The notes under the pieces: generated by a model | Databases searched by the model: none | Seen by the model: the letters and a program-made list of their open reading frames with translations, nothing else | What the model was told of the DNA's origin: nothing | In this document: one piece after another, positions 1 to 8,330 of the stretch | Numbering within the stretch: the first letter of the stretch is position 1 | Layout: every line of letters starts with the position of its first letter | IMG/VR virus record: IMGVR_UViG_3300017754_001847 | Span: 1-32,418 of that record | DNA: 32,418 nt | Strand: one strand, 5' to 3' | Origin: a virus | Taxonomy: Duplodnaviria; Caudoviricetes | Translations under genes and position numbers: made by a program

Positions 1-273
1 CCTTGGGTTGCAAAAGAACTGTACGGCGGCAATCGTCGCTGGGTGGTTCTGCATGAAGAAACAATTAATGGCGGGAGTTTTAAGCGCAGGCTTGATTGGT
101 CCGGTCAAATGGACGAAGCTAACGCCCGCCTAATTGCTGCTGCGCCGGACATGCTGGACGCTCTGAAAATGGTGCGTGACTACATCGTCACCATGAAGGG
201 CAAAGGCCACGAGTATCAGATTGTGGTTGACGCAGCAATCGAAAAAGCCACCAGGAGCGCAAGCCATGACTGA
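1..273 (+). CDS. Phage hypothetical protein, 5'-truncated by the window edge
   Basis: Frame is open from base 1 (PWVAKELYGGNRRWVVLHEE...) and contains the ANARLIAAAPDMLDAL motif common in small phage early proteins. Confidence 0.75.
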   Translation, partial: PWVAKELYGGNRRWVVLHEETINGGSFKRRLDWSGQMDEANARLIAAAPDMLDALKMVRDYIVTMKGKGHEYQIVVDAAIEKATRSASHD

Positions 274-403
274 ACAGATCAAAGACGATGAATGGGACGA
301 ATTTGAAGAGGATGAATGCTCGCGCTGTCACGGTGATGGCCGCGACCCGTATACGGACTACCTTTTGCCCTGCCCGCTTTGCCAGGGAGAACAGACGCCA
401 TGA
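266..403 (+). CDS. Small zinc-finger-like protein
   Basis: AGGAG RBS, ATG at 266; CSRCHGDG...CPLCQGE gives two CxxCxGxG-like motifs. Confidence 0.65.
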   Translation: MTEQIKDDEWDEFEEDECSRCHGDGRDPYTDYLLPCPLCQGEQTP

Positions 404-552
404 AGCCCCCTATCCAGCTATCAGGCCCCTACCGTAGGCCAAGGGGCTATCTAAGCACTGCACTGCGGCTAATGGCTGCGTCTTTGGTTGTCGGGTGGGC
501 TTTTGGCGTGGCGTGGGCGCTGTTTATTTCTTGGAGGCATTGTGGAATCTGA
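400..552 (+). CDS. Small single-pass membrane protein (50 aa, not in the ORF track)
   Basis: ATGA overlap with the upstream stop; translation MKPPIQLSGPYRRPRGYLSTALRLMAASLVVGWAFGVAWALFISWRHCGI. Confidence 0.55.
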   Translation: MKPPIQLSGPYRRPRGYLSTALRLMAASLVVGWAFGVAWALFISWRHCGI

Positions 553-907
553 TCGTGAATTACTGGAGCTGGCGGCTAAGGCTGCTGGGTATCAAATCCA
601 TATTTGGGGTACTCCAGGGGAAGAAAATTGCGCGCGCATGGATACAACGGTAGGAGACAGATGGAACCCGATCACGGATGACGGAGACGCGCTGCGGCTG
701 GCGGTGAAGCTGCGCATAACTGTCCATCATCCTAACCCCGCTGATTTGGGTGGAGGCTATGTGACTGCTCGGCTGTGTTTATATAGGTACAGGTATCATT
801 TCTTGAAAGAGAGCTTTTTTGTGGAAAGTTTTGACGGCGATGACTGCGCCGCCGTCCGCCGCGCCATCGTCCGCGCTGCTGCTGAAATTGGAAAGACATT
901 AGGGTAA
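542..907 (+). CDS. Phage hypothetical protein, paralogue of 29505-29837
   Basis: GGAGG RBS before GTG at 542; motifs DRELLELAAKAAGY, WNPITDDGDALRLAV, RRAIVRAAAEIG. Confidence 0.8.
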   Translation: MESDRELLELAAKAAGYQIHIWGTPGEENCARMDTTVGDRWNPITDDGDALRLAVKLRITVHHPNPADLGGGYVTARLCLYRYRYHFLKESFFVESFDGDDCAAVRRAIVRAAAEIGKTLG

Positions 908-964
908 ACCACTATTCCCCATCCCCCATGAAATCCCTAATATGGGGGATCAATTAACAGGAGT
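900..964 (+). promoter_or_regulatory. Operator/promoter copy A: TAGGGTAAACCACTATT, -10 TAATAT (938-943), RBS AACAGGAG; drives recT-ssb
   Basis: One of six copies of the same motif with similar spacing to a -10-like hexamer. Confidence 0.65.
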
Positions 965-970
965 GAGCCA

Positions 971-1936
971 GTGTCCACAAGTGACGCATTAACCATAATC
1001 AGCGGTGATATTTACTCGATCCGCCCGCAATTTGATTCTGCGCTATCGGATCGCAGCTTGTCATTTGAGCGTGAGGCTGGGTTTGCAATCCAAGCCATTT
1101 CCAGGAATGACTTTGCATTGAAGATCGCGATGGAAAACCGGCAGTCCGTGGTGGATGCCGTTACCAATATCGCGGCAATCGGGATCAGCCTAAACCCGGC
1201 CAAGAAACAGGCTTATCTTGTTCCACGGGATGGCCGTATCTGCCTGGATATTTCCTACATCGGGCTGCTGGACTTGGCTATCCAATCTGGCTCCATCTTG
1301 TGGGGGCAATCCGAGCTTGTCTATGAGGCCGATGGGTTTGACCTGAACGGATTCGACAAGCCGCCCACGCATGCCCGCAAGCCGTTTGCCAAGGATCGCG
1401 GCGAGATTGTAGGCGTCTATGTCGTGGTCAAAACACGCGATGGCGACTACCTTACATCGACAATGCAAATTGACGAGGTGTTTGAAATCCGCGACCGCTC
1501 AGCGGCATGGAAGGCATGGATTGAGAAAAAGCGCAAGTGCCCATGGGTTACTGACGAAGGCGAAATGATCAAAAAGACGGTCATTAAGCGCGCCTACAAG
1601 CTGTGGCCTAAGGCTGACCGGCTGGATACAGCAATCCATCACCTGAACACCGAAAATGGCGAAGGGCTGGAAGTAATCGCCCAGGAAGATCAAAAGGCAA
1701 AAGCCTTGATGATTGCGGCCGTGCCTGAGATTGTCCTAGACGTTCAGAGAAAACAGATTGTCGATGCGGTTGTTGGCGCAATCACAGATCACTTCAACGG
1801 CGACGATATTGTGGGCGCTTACGAGGAATACATTGGCATAACAGATGGAGACGAAAAAACCTATCTGTGGAAGCAACTTCCGTCGAACATCCGTTCGGCA
1901 ATCAAGAAACACGGCGAGTCATTGAAAAAGGAGTAA
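971..1936 (+). CDS. recT: RecT-family single-strand annealing recombinase
   Basis: GISLNPAKKQAYLVPR, LDISYIGLLDLA, PWVTDEGEMIKKTVIKRAYKLWP are RecT-family motifs; adjacent to ssb. Confidence 0.9.
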   Translation: MSTSDALTIISGDIYSIRPQFDSALSDRSLSFEREAGFAIQAISRNDFALKIAMENRQSVVDAVTNIAAIGISLNPAKKQAYLVPRDGRICLDISYIGLLDLAIQSGSILWGQSELVYEADGFDLNGFDKPPTHARKPFAKDRGEIVGVYVVVKTRDGDYLTSTMQIDEVFEIRDRSAAWKAWIEKKRKCPWVTDEGEMIKKTVIKRAYKLWPKADRLDTAIHHLNTENGEGLEVIAQEDQKAKALMIAAVPEIVLDVQRKQIVDAVVGAITDHFNGDDIVGAYEEYIGITDGDEKTYLWKQLPSNIRSAIKKHGESLKKE

Positions 1937-1938
1937 AC

Positions 1939-2388
1939 ATGGCATCGGTAAACAAAATACATCTTCTGGGCCACGTGGGGCGTGATCCTGAAATCCGCTA
2001 TCTGCCGTCTGGACAGGCTATCGCCAATATCACCATTGCGACCTCGACCAAGCGTAAGGACAAAGCATCCGGCGAGTACGTCGAGGAAACCCAATGGCAC
2101 CGCGTGACGTTCTTTGATCGCCTGGCAGAGATTGCCGGGGAGTTTGTCAAGAAAGGCTCCCCCCTGTACGTGGGGGGTCGTTTGACCTATCGCAAGTACA
2201 CCGACAAAGACGGGGTGGAAAAGCAATCCACGGACATTATCGCCACGGAAATGCAGCTACTTGGCAGCAAAGACCGCCAGGAACCGCAAGCACCGCGCCC
2301 CAGCCACGATGCAGCCAAGGCGAGGCAGGCACCGAAGCCGGGCGGGGCTTCGGGCTTTGATGATTTCGAGGATTCCCCGCCGTTTTGA
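1939..2388 (+). CDS. ssb: Single-stranded DNA-binding protein
   Basis: MASVNKIHLLGHVGRDPEIRY, TQWHRVTFF, acidic tail FDDFEDSPPF; AAGGAG RBS before ATG at 1939. Confidence 0.95.
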   Translation: MASVNKIHLLGHVGRDPEIRYLPSGQAIANITIATSTKRKDKASGEYVEETQWHRVTFFDRLAEIAGEFVKKGSPLYVGGRLTYRKYTDKDGVEKQSTDIIATEMQLLGSKDRQEPQAPRPSHDAAKARQAPKPGGASGFDDFEDSPPF

Positions 2389-2406
2389 TTCAACAGGAGC
2401 GCAACC

Positions 2407-2622
2407 ATGCAATTCACCTATAACGCCTACCTTCCCCATCACAAGACCCTCCAAGACGTGCGAGACGGGAAAACAATGCTTCTTTTTTCTTGGGACGGGG
2501 AGCGAATGGAGGAAAGCGGATACACCCGTGTCGGCACCGCGCACATCGTCGTCCGCCTTGAGGATGACATTGACGCAGCTATTCGAGGGGCTGGTGTTGG
2601 GCTGGTGGAGGTGGAATCGTGA
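2407..2622 (+). CDS. Hypothetical protein
   Basis: CAACAGGAG RBS, ATG, in operon context. Confidence 0.7.
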   Translation: MQFTYNAYLPHHKTLQDVRDGKTMLLFSWDGERMEESGYTRVGTAHIVVRLEDDIDAAIRGAGVGLVEVES

Positions 2623-2783
2623 TGACTGCCTACGTCGCTTTTACGGTTGGATTTTTCTTGTACGAAGCCGGTAGTTATGGCCGTCAATGGCTGGACTCTG
2701 GCCGCGAGGAACAAGGCTGGCTTTCTTTGCTGTATCTCGCGCTCGGCGCATTCGGCATCTATGCCCTGATTGTGGGGAAGTGA
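2622..2783 (+). CDS. Small two-segment membrane protein (53 aa, not in the ORF track)
   Basis: GGAGG RBS, TGATG overlap; translation MTAYVAFTVGFFLYEAGSYGRQWLDSGREEQGWLSLLYLALGAFGIYALIVGK. Confidence 0.6.
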   Translation: MTAYVAFTVGFFLYEAGSYGRQWLDSGREEQGWLSLLYLALGAFGIYALIVGK

Positions 2784-2784
2784 A

Positions 2785-3426
2785 ATGAAAGAACGACCAA
2801 TTTTGTTTTCCGCGCCCATGGTCCGGGCCATTCTGGACGGGGCTAAGACGCAGACGCGGCGCGTAGTGAAGCCGTCTCGCGGTCGTCCAATCGAATTCCT
2901 TGGCGGGGGCGGATCGGATAGCCCAGACTGGAATAATCCTGAGTGCTGGGGGTATGAGTGGCACGACGGAGCCTCATTTGTGACGCTCAAAGCCGACCCA
3001 ATGGACGCGCATCAATACACCTATCCCTGCCCCTACGGCCAGCCCGGGGACAGGCTGTGGGTGCGGGAGGCGTTCGGCCACTTTGAGCGCAACGACACAC
3101 TGAAGCCCGGCGACACGATCTACTACCGAGCGGACGGTGAGTGCCTCGAACTGCAGCCATGGCGGCCCAGCATCCACATGCCCCGTTGGGCCAGCCGCAT
3201 CACCCTGGAGGTGACAGGCGTCAGGGTCGAGCGCTTGCAGGACATCAGCGAGGCCGATGCGCAGGCCGAAGGATGCGCCGATGTTGACTATTCTGCAGGC
3301 CGCACATATCGCCACGCCTATCGCGATCTCTGGGAGAGCATAAACGGCGAGGGGGCGTGGTCTCTCAATCCGTGGGTTTGGGTCGTTTCATTCCATCGTA
3401 TGGAGGGGGAAAATGGCCGCTCGTAA
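2785..3426 (+). CDS. ASCH/PUA-like phage protein ([17 protein letters not shown] family)
   Basis: [53 protein letters not shown]. Confidence 0.85.
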   Translation: MKERPILFSAPMVRAILDGAKTQTRRVVKPSRGRPIEFLGGGGSDSPDWNNPECWGYEWHDGASFVTLKADPMDAHQYTYPCPYGQPGDRLWVREAFGHFERNDTLKPGDTIYYRADGECLELQPWRPSIHMPRWASRITLEVTGVRVERLQDISEADAQAEGCADVDYSAGRTYRHAYRDLWESINGEGAWSLNPWVWVVSFHRMEGENGRS

Positions 3427-3928
3427 GACATCGCCAGCAGTCAACCTTGTTGGCCGCAAGTTTGCGCGGCTGACGGTAGATGCGGATACAGGAGGCAGAG
3501 ACGAATCCGGTCGCGTCATTTGGAGGTGCTCCTGCGAATGCGGCAACAAACGTAACGCCGTGAGCCGTGACCTAACGTCCGGCAGGACGACATCGTGTGG
3601 GTGCAAAAAGTCCGAGCACGCCAAGAGCGCGGCCACCAAGCATGGGGCCGCAAGCCACCAGCAGCGCGCACCGGAATACCGGTCTTGGACTTCAATGCTC
3701 ACGCGCTGCACCAATCCTTCCTACCACGCATGGGATCGCTACGGCGGTCGAGGCATCAAAGTCTGCGACCGCTGGGTCGGGGGCTTTGAGAACTTCTTGG
3801 CAGACATGGGGCCACGCCCAGAAGGCACCACTCTTGACCGATACCCAAACCCCGACGGCAACTATGAGCCGGGCAATTGCCGGTGGGCGACTCGCACCGA
3901 ACAGAGAAACAACCGGGGGACTAAATGA
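3413..3928 (+). CDS. Free-standing HNH-type (homing) endonuclease
   Basis: N-terminal WRCSCECG...TTSCGC domain; [16 protein letters not shown]...[13 protein letters not shown]...QRNN nuclease motif. Confidence 0.85.
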   Translation: MAARKTSPAVNLVGRKFARLTVDADTGGRDESGRVIWRCSCECGNKRNAVSRDLTSGRTTSCGCKKSEHAKSAATKHGAASHQQRAPEYRSWTSMLTRCTNPSYHAWDRYGGRGIKVCDRWVGGFENFLADMGPRPEGTTLDRYPNPDGNYEPGNCRWATRTEQRNNRGTK

Positions 3929-4005
3929 ACTCATTCATCAACGGCCCCGGGAGCTGGGACGCCAATCCTTGGGTCTGGGTGGTCGAATTTAAAAAGCTAG
4001 GGTAA
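3925..4005 (+). pseudogene. Displaced duplicate of the 3' end of the ASCH-like gene (26-aa mini-ORF)
   Basis: Translates [26 protein letters not shown], matching [20 protein letters not shown] at the end of 2785-3426. Confidence 0.85.
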
Positions 4006-4062
4006 ATCCCAATACCAATCCATTGCAAGATGGGTAGACTGGGATTTATCAACCAACAGGAG
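3998..4062 (+). promoter_or_regulatory. Operator/promoter copy B: TAGGGTAAATCCCAATA, -10 TAGACT (4035-4040), ATCAACCAACAGGAG leader
   Basis: Repeated motif with fixed spacing. Confidence 0.7.
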
Positions 4063-4069
4063 AAGCAAG

Positions 4070-4312
4070 ATGAAAGCATTGAAATTGGCGGATGAGTTCA
4101 GGCTGTCTATGACTCACGAAGTCATGGCTTCTTGGGGATCAGACTCTGCCATCGAACTCCGCCGCCTTGCAGAAGTGAATGCGGAGCTTTTGAAGGCAAT
4201 CAACGACCTAAGCGTTACCGCAGAAAGCACAAAGCCTGGAGAATTTTCTGTGGCTAGCCATGCTCTTTTTGCGCTACAAGCCGCAGCCAACAAGGCAAAG
4301 GAACAACAGTGA
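4070..4312 (+). CDS. Hypothetical protein, paralogue of 30701-30952
   Basis: Strong RBS; the C-terminal ~38 aa are nearly identical to 30701-30952. Confidence 0.8.
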   Translation: MKALKLADEFRLSMTHEVMASWGSDSAIELRRLAEVNAELLKAINDLSVTAESTKPGEFSVASHALFALQAAANKAKEQQ

Positions 4313-4593
4313 AAACCACAATCCCCAACTGGACCGGCGCGGCATCGATTGGAATTGCTTTCCAGCCTGCCGAGGACGGTTTGCCGAATCTCGTGGTCGA
4401 GACCCAGCACGGCGGCTCAATGAACTTTACCTTTGCAATGACCCCGGCACAAGCTCGGGCCAAGGCTGCCGCACTGATTCAAGCGGCAAACCTCGCGGAA
4501 TGCTCAAAGCCGTTCAAGGCAGGGATTGCGCTGGAGTCTGGCGAATTCATCCCTGCCGATGAGCTGAACAAGGGTAAGACAAGTGCAATTTGA
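4309..4593 (+). CDS. Hypothetical protein
   Basis: GTGA overlap with the upstream stop. Confidence 0.7.
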   Translation: MKTTIPNWTGAASIGIAFQPAEDGLPNLVVETQHGGSMNFTFAMTPAQARAKAAALIQAANLAECSKPFKAGIALESGEFIPADELNKGKTSAI

Positions 4594-4804
4594 TTTGGTC
4601 GATGGACCTTTATCTTGTGGCGATTTAATCATTATTGAGGTAAATGGGCATCTTATTCCCAAAGTTTCCGACAAGACTAAGCCGCAATTGTTTGTTGTTC
4701 TAAACAATCAGGAGCACGGGAAGCCAGTAAAACTTGAGCCATTCAATACCGAATCCGTATCTCTAAAACCTAAAAAATACATTGCAAGCGGCTGTTATTT
4801 TTAA
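4583..4804 (+). CDS. Hypothetical protein (AT-richer than its neighbours)
   Basis: Fills the gap; its stop abuts operator copy C. Confidence 0.5.
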   Translation: MQFDLVDGPLSCGDLIIIEVNGHLIPKVSDKTKPQLFVVLNNQEHGKPVKLEPFNTESVSLKPKKYIASGCYF

Positions 4805-4865
4805 GGGTAAGTCCTAATTCCAATTAAGCAGGGCATAGGTAGACTGAGCCCATCAACAACAGGAG
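4802..4865 (+). promoter_or_regulatory. Operator/promoter copy C: AAGGGTAAGTCCTAATT, -10 TAGACT (4840-4845), ATCAACAACAGGAG leader
   Basis: Repeated motif with fixed spacing; heads the envelope operon. Confidence 0.7.
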
Positions 4866-4871
4866 TGCATC

Positions 4872-5270
4872 ATGAAAACCGCAATCGTCGCCCTGGCCGC
4901 TATGCTGGCCGTCCCGTGCTTCGCCCAAGAGCCCGCTTTCGGCTTGCACCTGACCACGTACCACAGTCCCAACATCGACTGCGGGAACGGGAAGAACCCC
5001 GGCATCTACGCCCGCTCATCGTTCGGGCTGGTGGTCGGCACTTACTACAACTCGTGCGAACGGCAATCGGAGTACATCGCCTACCGTACGCCTGAGTGGA
5101 AGGGACTGGCCCTCCAGGTTGGCGGCGTCACTGGGTACGTCGAAAAAGTCACGCCATTGGCATTTCCGACTTACCGATTCCATGTGTATGATGGTTACAG
5201 GGCGATGATTTCCGGGGCATCCAGGAATGAACGGACCGTGGTCCACCTGTCTGTCGAGAAGCCGTTTTGA
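4872..5270 (+). CDS. Exported small outer-membrane beta-barrel protein, PagP-like
   Basis: Signal peptide MKTAIVALAAMLAVPCFA; amphipathic aromatic strands; C-terminal Phe (VHLSVEKPF); TYH...NGKNPG...YYNS pattern parallels PagP TWH...NERPWG...FKDS. Confidence 0.55.
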   Translation: MKTAIVALAAMLAVPCFAQEPAFGLHLTTYHSPNIDCGNGKNPGIYARSSFGLVVGTYYNSCERQSEYIAYRTPEWKGLALQVGGVTGYVEKVTPLAFPTYRFHVYDGYRAMISGASRNERTVVHLSVEKPF

Positions 5271-5410
5271 TGCCTCCCGAGCTTCATCCCTACGCCATGG
5301 GCATCTGTGTTGCCCTTGGCGCTTTCTGGATAGCCATAATCTTGGCCGATATAACGGACTGGCTGTTGCGTCCGTCAAAAACAGAGGAAGACAAGAAAGA
5401 TGCTGATTGA
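5270..5410 (+). CDS. Small single-pass membrane protein (46 aa, not in the ORF track)
   Basis: TGATG overlap; translation MPPELHPYAMGICVALGAFWIAIILADITDWLLRPSKTEEDKKDAD. Confidence 0.6.
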   Translation: MPPELHPYAMGICVALGAFWIAIILADITDWLLRPSKTEEDKKDAD

Positions 5411-5858
5411 ACTATGTTTGTCGGTTGCTCTCAATGTGCCGCATCAGCGCATTGCTGCGGTTGTACAACCAGTGATGTATGCCGCCGACCGGCATAGCGT
5501 GGACCCTGCGATCCTTTTCGCCATTGCCAAGCACGAATCAAGCTTTCTCACTGATGCTGTTGGTCTTGCTGGCGAACTTGGTCTATTTCAAATCCATCCA
5601 AAATATCACATGCACCGCTTCAATAGCGTGGATTGGCGCAACCCGTGGGCCAATGCTTCGGTAGGGGCCTACATCCTAGCGGACAACTTACGGGTTACGG
5701 GGACCGTGCGCACGGCACTCAAGCGGTACAACGGCGGGAATGAGGCTGCGCGCAATCCATCGCCCAGAGTTCGCGCTTATGCCGAGCGAGTGCTAGAGAG
5801 CTACGCCAAGGCGCGCAAGTGCTTTGATGGCGGCCAGGCTGGAAAGCCGCTTTTATAA
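5400..5858 (+). CDS. Lytic transglycosylase (SLT domain)
   Basis: AIAKHESSF (catalytic E-S), GELGLFQI, ALKRYNGG. Confidence 0.85.
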   Translation: MLIELCLSVALNVPHQRIAAVVQPVMYAADRHSVDPAILFAIAKHESSFLTDAVGLAGELGLFQIHPKYHMHRFNSVDWRNPWANASVGAYILADNLRVTGTVRTALKRYNGGNEAARNPSPRVRAYAERVLESYAKARKCFDGGQAGKPLL

Positions 5859-5873
5859 ACGCAGGAGAAAGCA

Positions 5874-5999
5874 ATGCAAATCTTGATTTACACAATTGGC
5901 GGACTTGTTTTGACCGCCATTATCGTGCGCGGAATTATTGCGTTCATTGGTGACGCAACTAAGACGCGCAAAAACTCAACCACACGCAGGAGTAAATAA
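5874..5999 (+). CDS. Small single-pass membrane protein preceding the SPFH gene (41 aa, not in the ORF track)
   Basis: AGGAG RBS; translation MQILIYTIGGLVLTAIIVRGIIAFIGDATKTRKNSTTRRSK. Confidence 0.65.
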   Translation: MQILIYTIGGLVLTAIIVRGIIAFIGDATKTRKNSTTRRSK

Positions 6000-6830
6000 G
6001 TGAGTTACATCAAATCTATCGTAGGCGCAATCGTCGGCCTAGTCATGCTGGTAATTGTGTTTGCCAGTTTTTACACAATCGACCAGGGCGAGCGCGGCGT
6101 CATCGTGCGAAACGGTGCCGTCATTGGGACAGCAGACCCCGGACTGCACTTCAAAGCGCCATTCATCGACAGCATCCATGAAATCAAGGTGCGCGATACA
6201 ACCTTGGCTTGGGACAAAACCTTTCCTTTGGAAACCTACACTTTTGATCAGCAACCGGCAAAACTGCATCTGAGCGTAACCTATCGCGTGCAGGCCAGCG
6301 CTGTCGAGCGCGTCTATAGGGAATTCGGGACAGTCGAATCACTGGAACAACGCGCCATTGCCCGCCGCGTGCCTGATGCCATCAAAAACATCTTTGGCAC
6401 CTATACCGCTCCGCGCGCCATTCAGGAACGCGCCAAGCTTTCTGCTGATCTTGCGGCGGCCGTCAAAAAAGCTCACCTCGATCTTCCGCTGGACATTGTT
6501 GGTGTGCAACTGGAAGAAATCGACTATGGACCGGATTATGAGGGCGCAGTCGCGGCCCGCATGAAGGCCGAGGTTGCCATTGCCACAGCAACTCAGAACC
6601 AGAAAACTGCGCAGGTCGAGGCCGATACCAAGGTGCTTCAAGCCAAGGCCGAAGCCCAGGCCACAGAAATGCGCGGCAAGGCAGAGGCATTTGCGATCCG
6701 CGCAAAAACCGATGCTCTGGCGCAGCAGGGCAAGTATCTTGTGCAGCTTGAGATTGCCCAGCGCTGGGACGGCAAAATGCCTGAGTCGATGCCGCCTGAC
6801 GCCGCGATGAGCTTCCTTGGCATGAAGTAA
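6000..6830 (+). CDS. SPFH/band-7 (prohibitin-like) membrane protein
   Basis: N-terminal TM, SFYTIDQGERGVIVRNG...PGLHFKAPFIDSI, coiled-coil AEAQA..., WDGKMP end. Confidence 0.9.
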   Translation: MSYIKSIVGAIVGLVMLVIVFASFYTIDQGERGVIVRNGAVIGTADPGLHFKAPFIDSIHEIKVRDTTLAWDKTFPLETYTFDQQPAKLHLSVTYRVQASAVERVYREFGTVESLEQRAIARRVPDAIKNIFGTYTAPRAIQERAKLSADLAAAVKKAHLDLPLDIVGVQLEEIDYGPDYEGAVAARMKAEVAIATATQNQKTAQVEADTKVLQAKAEAQATEMRGKAEAFAIRAKTDALAQQGKYLVQLEIAQRWDGKMPESMPPDAAMSFLGMK

Positions 6831-6834
6831 AAGG

Positions 6835-6870
6835 AAAAAAGCCCGCTAACCACACGGCCAGCGGGCTAAA
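6835..6870. terminator. Hairpin terminator between the convergent arms
   Basis: AGCCCGCT...AGCGGGCT stem flanked by an A6 run (U-tract on the minus strand). Confidence 0.65.
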
Positions 6871-6905
6871 GCCGTCTCGATGACGGCACAGGAGGCAACT
6901 GCAAC

Positions 6906-7463
6906 CTATTTGCCAGAACCCCGGCTAACAAACCAGTAGGCGAATGCTGTAGACGCTTGGGCAGTGACCCATGCAAAGGCTTGCATGCCAGCTTCGTATT
7001 GCTGGGCGACAGTCATACTGTCCCATCCATCTGTCATGTGGCTGATCATAACCCAGTTAAGCCACAAAGCAGCGAAAGCGAGGAGAACCGTTAGCACAGG
7101 ACGAATGAGGCGGTTAAACACACTGGCGAACACCAGCAGAAAACCGAACTTCCCAGCCGCCTTAATGTCCTCCGCAGTCACTCGTTCAGCACCGGCAATC
7201 TGCCCAATCGCTTCCATCCTGGCGGACTCAATCGCGGACTCGCCCTCGATGATTGCAACCTCTTTTCTACCTTGGGCTTCTGCGCGGGCAATCTCTAGGT
7301 CTTTGTCGCGCATCAGGCCATCGTGCGACCAGCGGGCGCGCTCGTGTTCTAGCTCTAGCTTTTTGGTGTCTACATCTGCTTTCCGGTTCAGCAGGGCGAA
7401 AACCCCGCCAATGATGGAGCCGAATGCAGATGACCCGAGAAGGGCAATGATGGACGAAATCAC
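6906..7463 (-). CDS. Holin-like membrane protein (3-TM, GTA-release-holin style)
   Basis: N-terminal TM, coiled coil, LIRPVLT then two TMs, FAYWFVSR end; GTGA overlap gives a start at 7463. Confidence 0.65.
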   Translation of the reverse strand: MISSIIALLGSSAFGSIIGGVFALLNRKADVDTKKLELEHERARWSHDGLMRDKDLEIARAEAQGRKEVAIIEGESAIESARMEAIGQIAGAERVTAEDIKAAGKFGFLLVFASVFNRLIRPVLTVLLAFAALWLNWVMISHMTDGWDSMTVAQQYEAGMQAFAWVTAQASTAFAYWFVSRGSGK

Positions 7464-7885
7464 TCTCTTACCTCCAGCGCAAACGGGGCACCAGCGGCCC
7501 ACGACATGAGTTTAGTTACTGCGGGCCTGCTTACCAACACTGCGCGCTGCATCTTCCCTGAGGGGTTCTTGATCCTGCCGCGTCTTTCACCGGGGGCGAT
7601 ACACCCCTGTAGCTCGGTTGTCCACCCTAACGATGCATCCCCGGCAAAGTTAGCGGGATGGATCAAAACATGGCTCCGACCGGGAACATTCTTGACTTCG
7701 TAGACTCTACCGAATCTAGGGCTTTGAACAATCACGCATTCGTAAATTCCAGGCGGGATGCAACTAATCTGCCGCACGTTGTCACGCCATGGGAGTTCCA
7801 CAGTATTAACGACTTGCTTGCCAAAGGCTAGGGCTCCGAATGTGCCCTCATCGGTCGATGCCCCGCGAGTCAATACCGCAATCAT
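7460..7885 (-). CDS. DUF5675-like protein, putative endolysin
   Basis: LTR...GTFG.L, TVELPWRDN...SCIPPGIY, VPGRSHVLIHPAN, LQGCI..G, SRPAV; sits among membrane lysis genes; ATGA overlap at 7885. Confidence 0.75.
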   Translation of the reverse strand: MIAVLTRGASTDEGTFGALAFGKQVVNTVELPWRDNVRQISCIPPGIYECVIVQSPRFGRVYEVKNVPGRSHVLIHPANFAGDASLGWTTELQGCIAPGERRGRIKNPSGKMQRAVLVSRPAVTKLMSWAAGAPFALEVRE

Positions 7886-8016
7886 GCCTTCTTGATTTGC
7901 CTGTCCAGCCACAAAGAAACGACGATTGCTACAAATACCATAGCACCAAGCGTAGCCAAGATACCAAGCAAAATACCACCGTCTATGGCTTCTAGCGGGA
8001 TTTGTATTTCGCTCAT
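7882..8016 (-). CDS. Small single-pass membrane protein (44 aa, not in the ORF track)
   Basis: ATGA overlaps at both ends; translation MSEIQIPLEAIDGGILLGILATLGAMVFVAIVVSLWLDRQIKKA. Confidence 0.7.
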   Translation of the reverse strand: MSEIQIPLEAIDGGILLGILATLGAMVFVAIVVSLWLDRQIKKA

Positions 8017-8330
8017 TTCTTCAAGTTCTTAGATGTTAGGTCTACTTTTTGGTCAATACCAGCTCTGACCATAAGAAGCTCCATGTAAAGCTCCACCCTC
8101 TTTAGGGTATCCATCGTCACCATGTTTCCCTCAATCCTTGCAATGTCTTTTTGCAGTTGAACAACCGCCGCGTCAGTCATATCCAGTTTTCGGATGAATG
8201 CCTGTTGAGATTCGTACATCCGCCAGATGAACAAAAAGCACCCCAGGACAAGAGCCCTGACGCCCCAGTCTATGAATTGATTTATACGCTGACGCGCTTT
8301 TAGTGAATCCATGGCCTCATCCTGCTGCAC
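8013..8330 (-). CDS. Membrane-anchored coiled-coil protein (lysis cassette)
   Basis: One TM (WGVRALVLGCFLFIW) followed by a heptad pattern. Confidence 0.7.
   Translation of the reverse strand: MQQDEAMDSLKARQRINQFIDWGVRALVLGCFLFIWRMYESQQAFIRKLDMTDAAVVQLQKDIARIEGNMVTMDTLKRVELYMELLMVRAGIDQKVDLTSKNLKK

Noticed and set aside
3413-3928. HNH gene as part of a group I intron
   Set aside because: There is no non-coding flanking sequence for a ribozyme core; the ORF overlaps coding sequence on both sides and the host gene is complete without splicing
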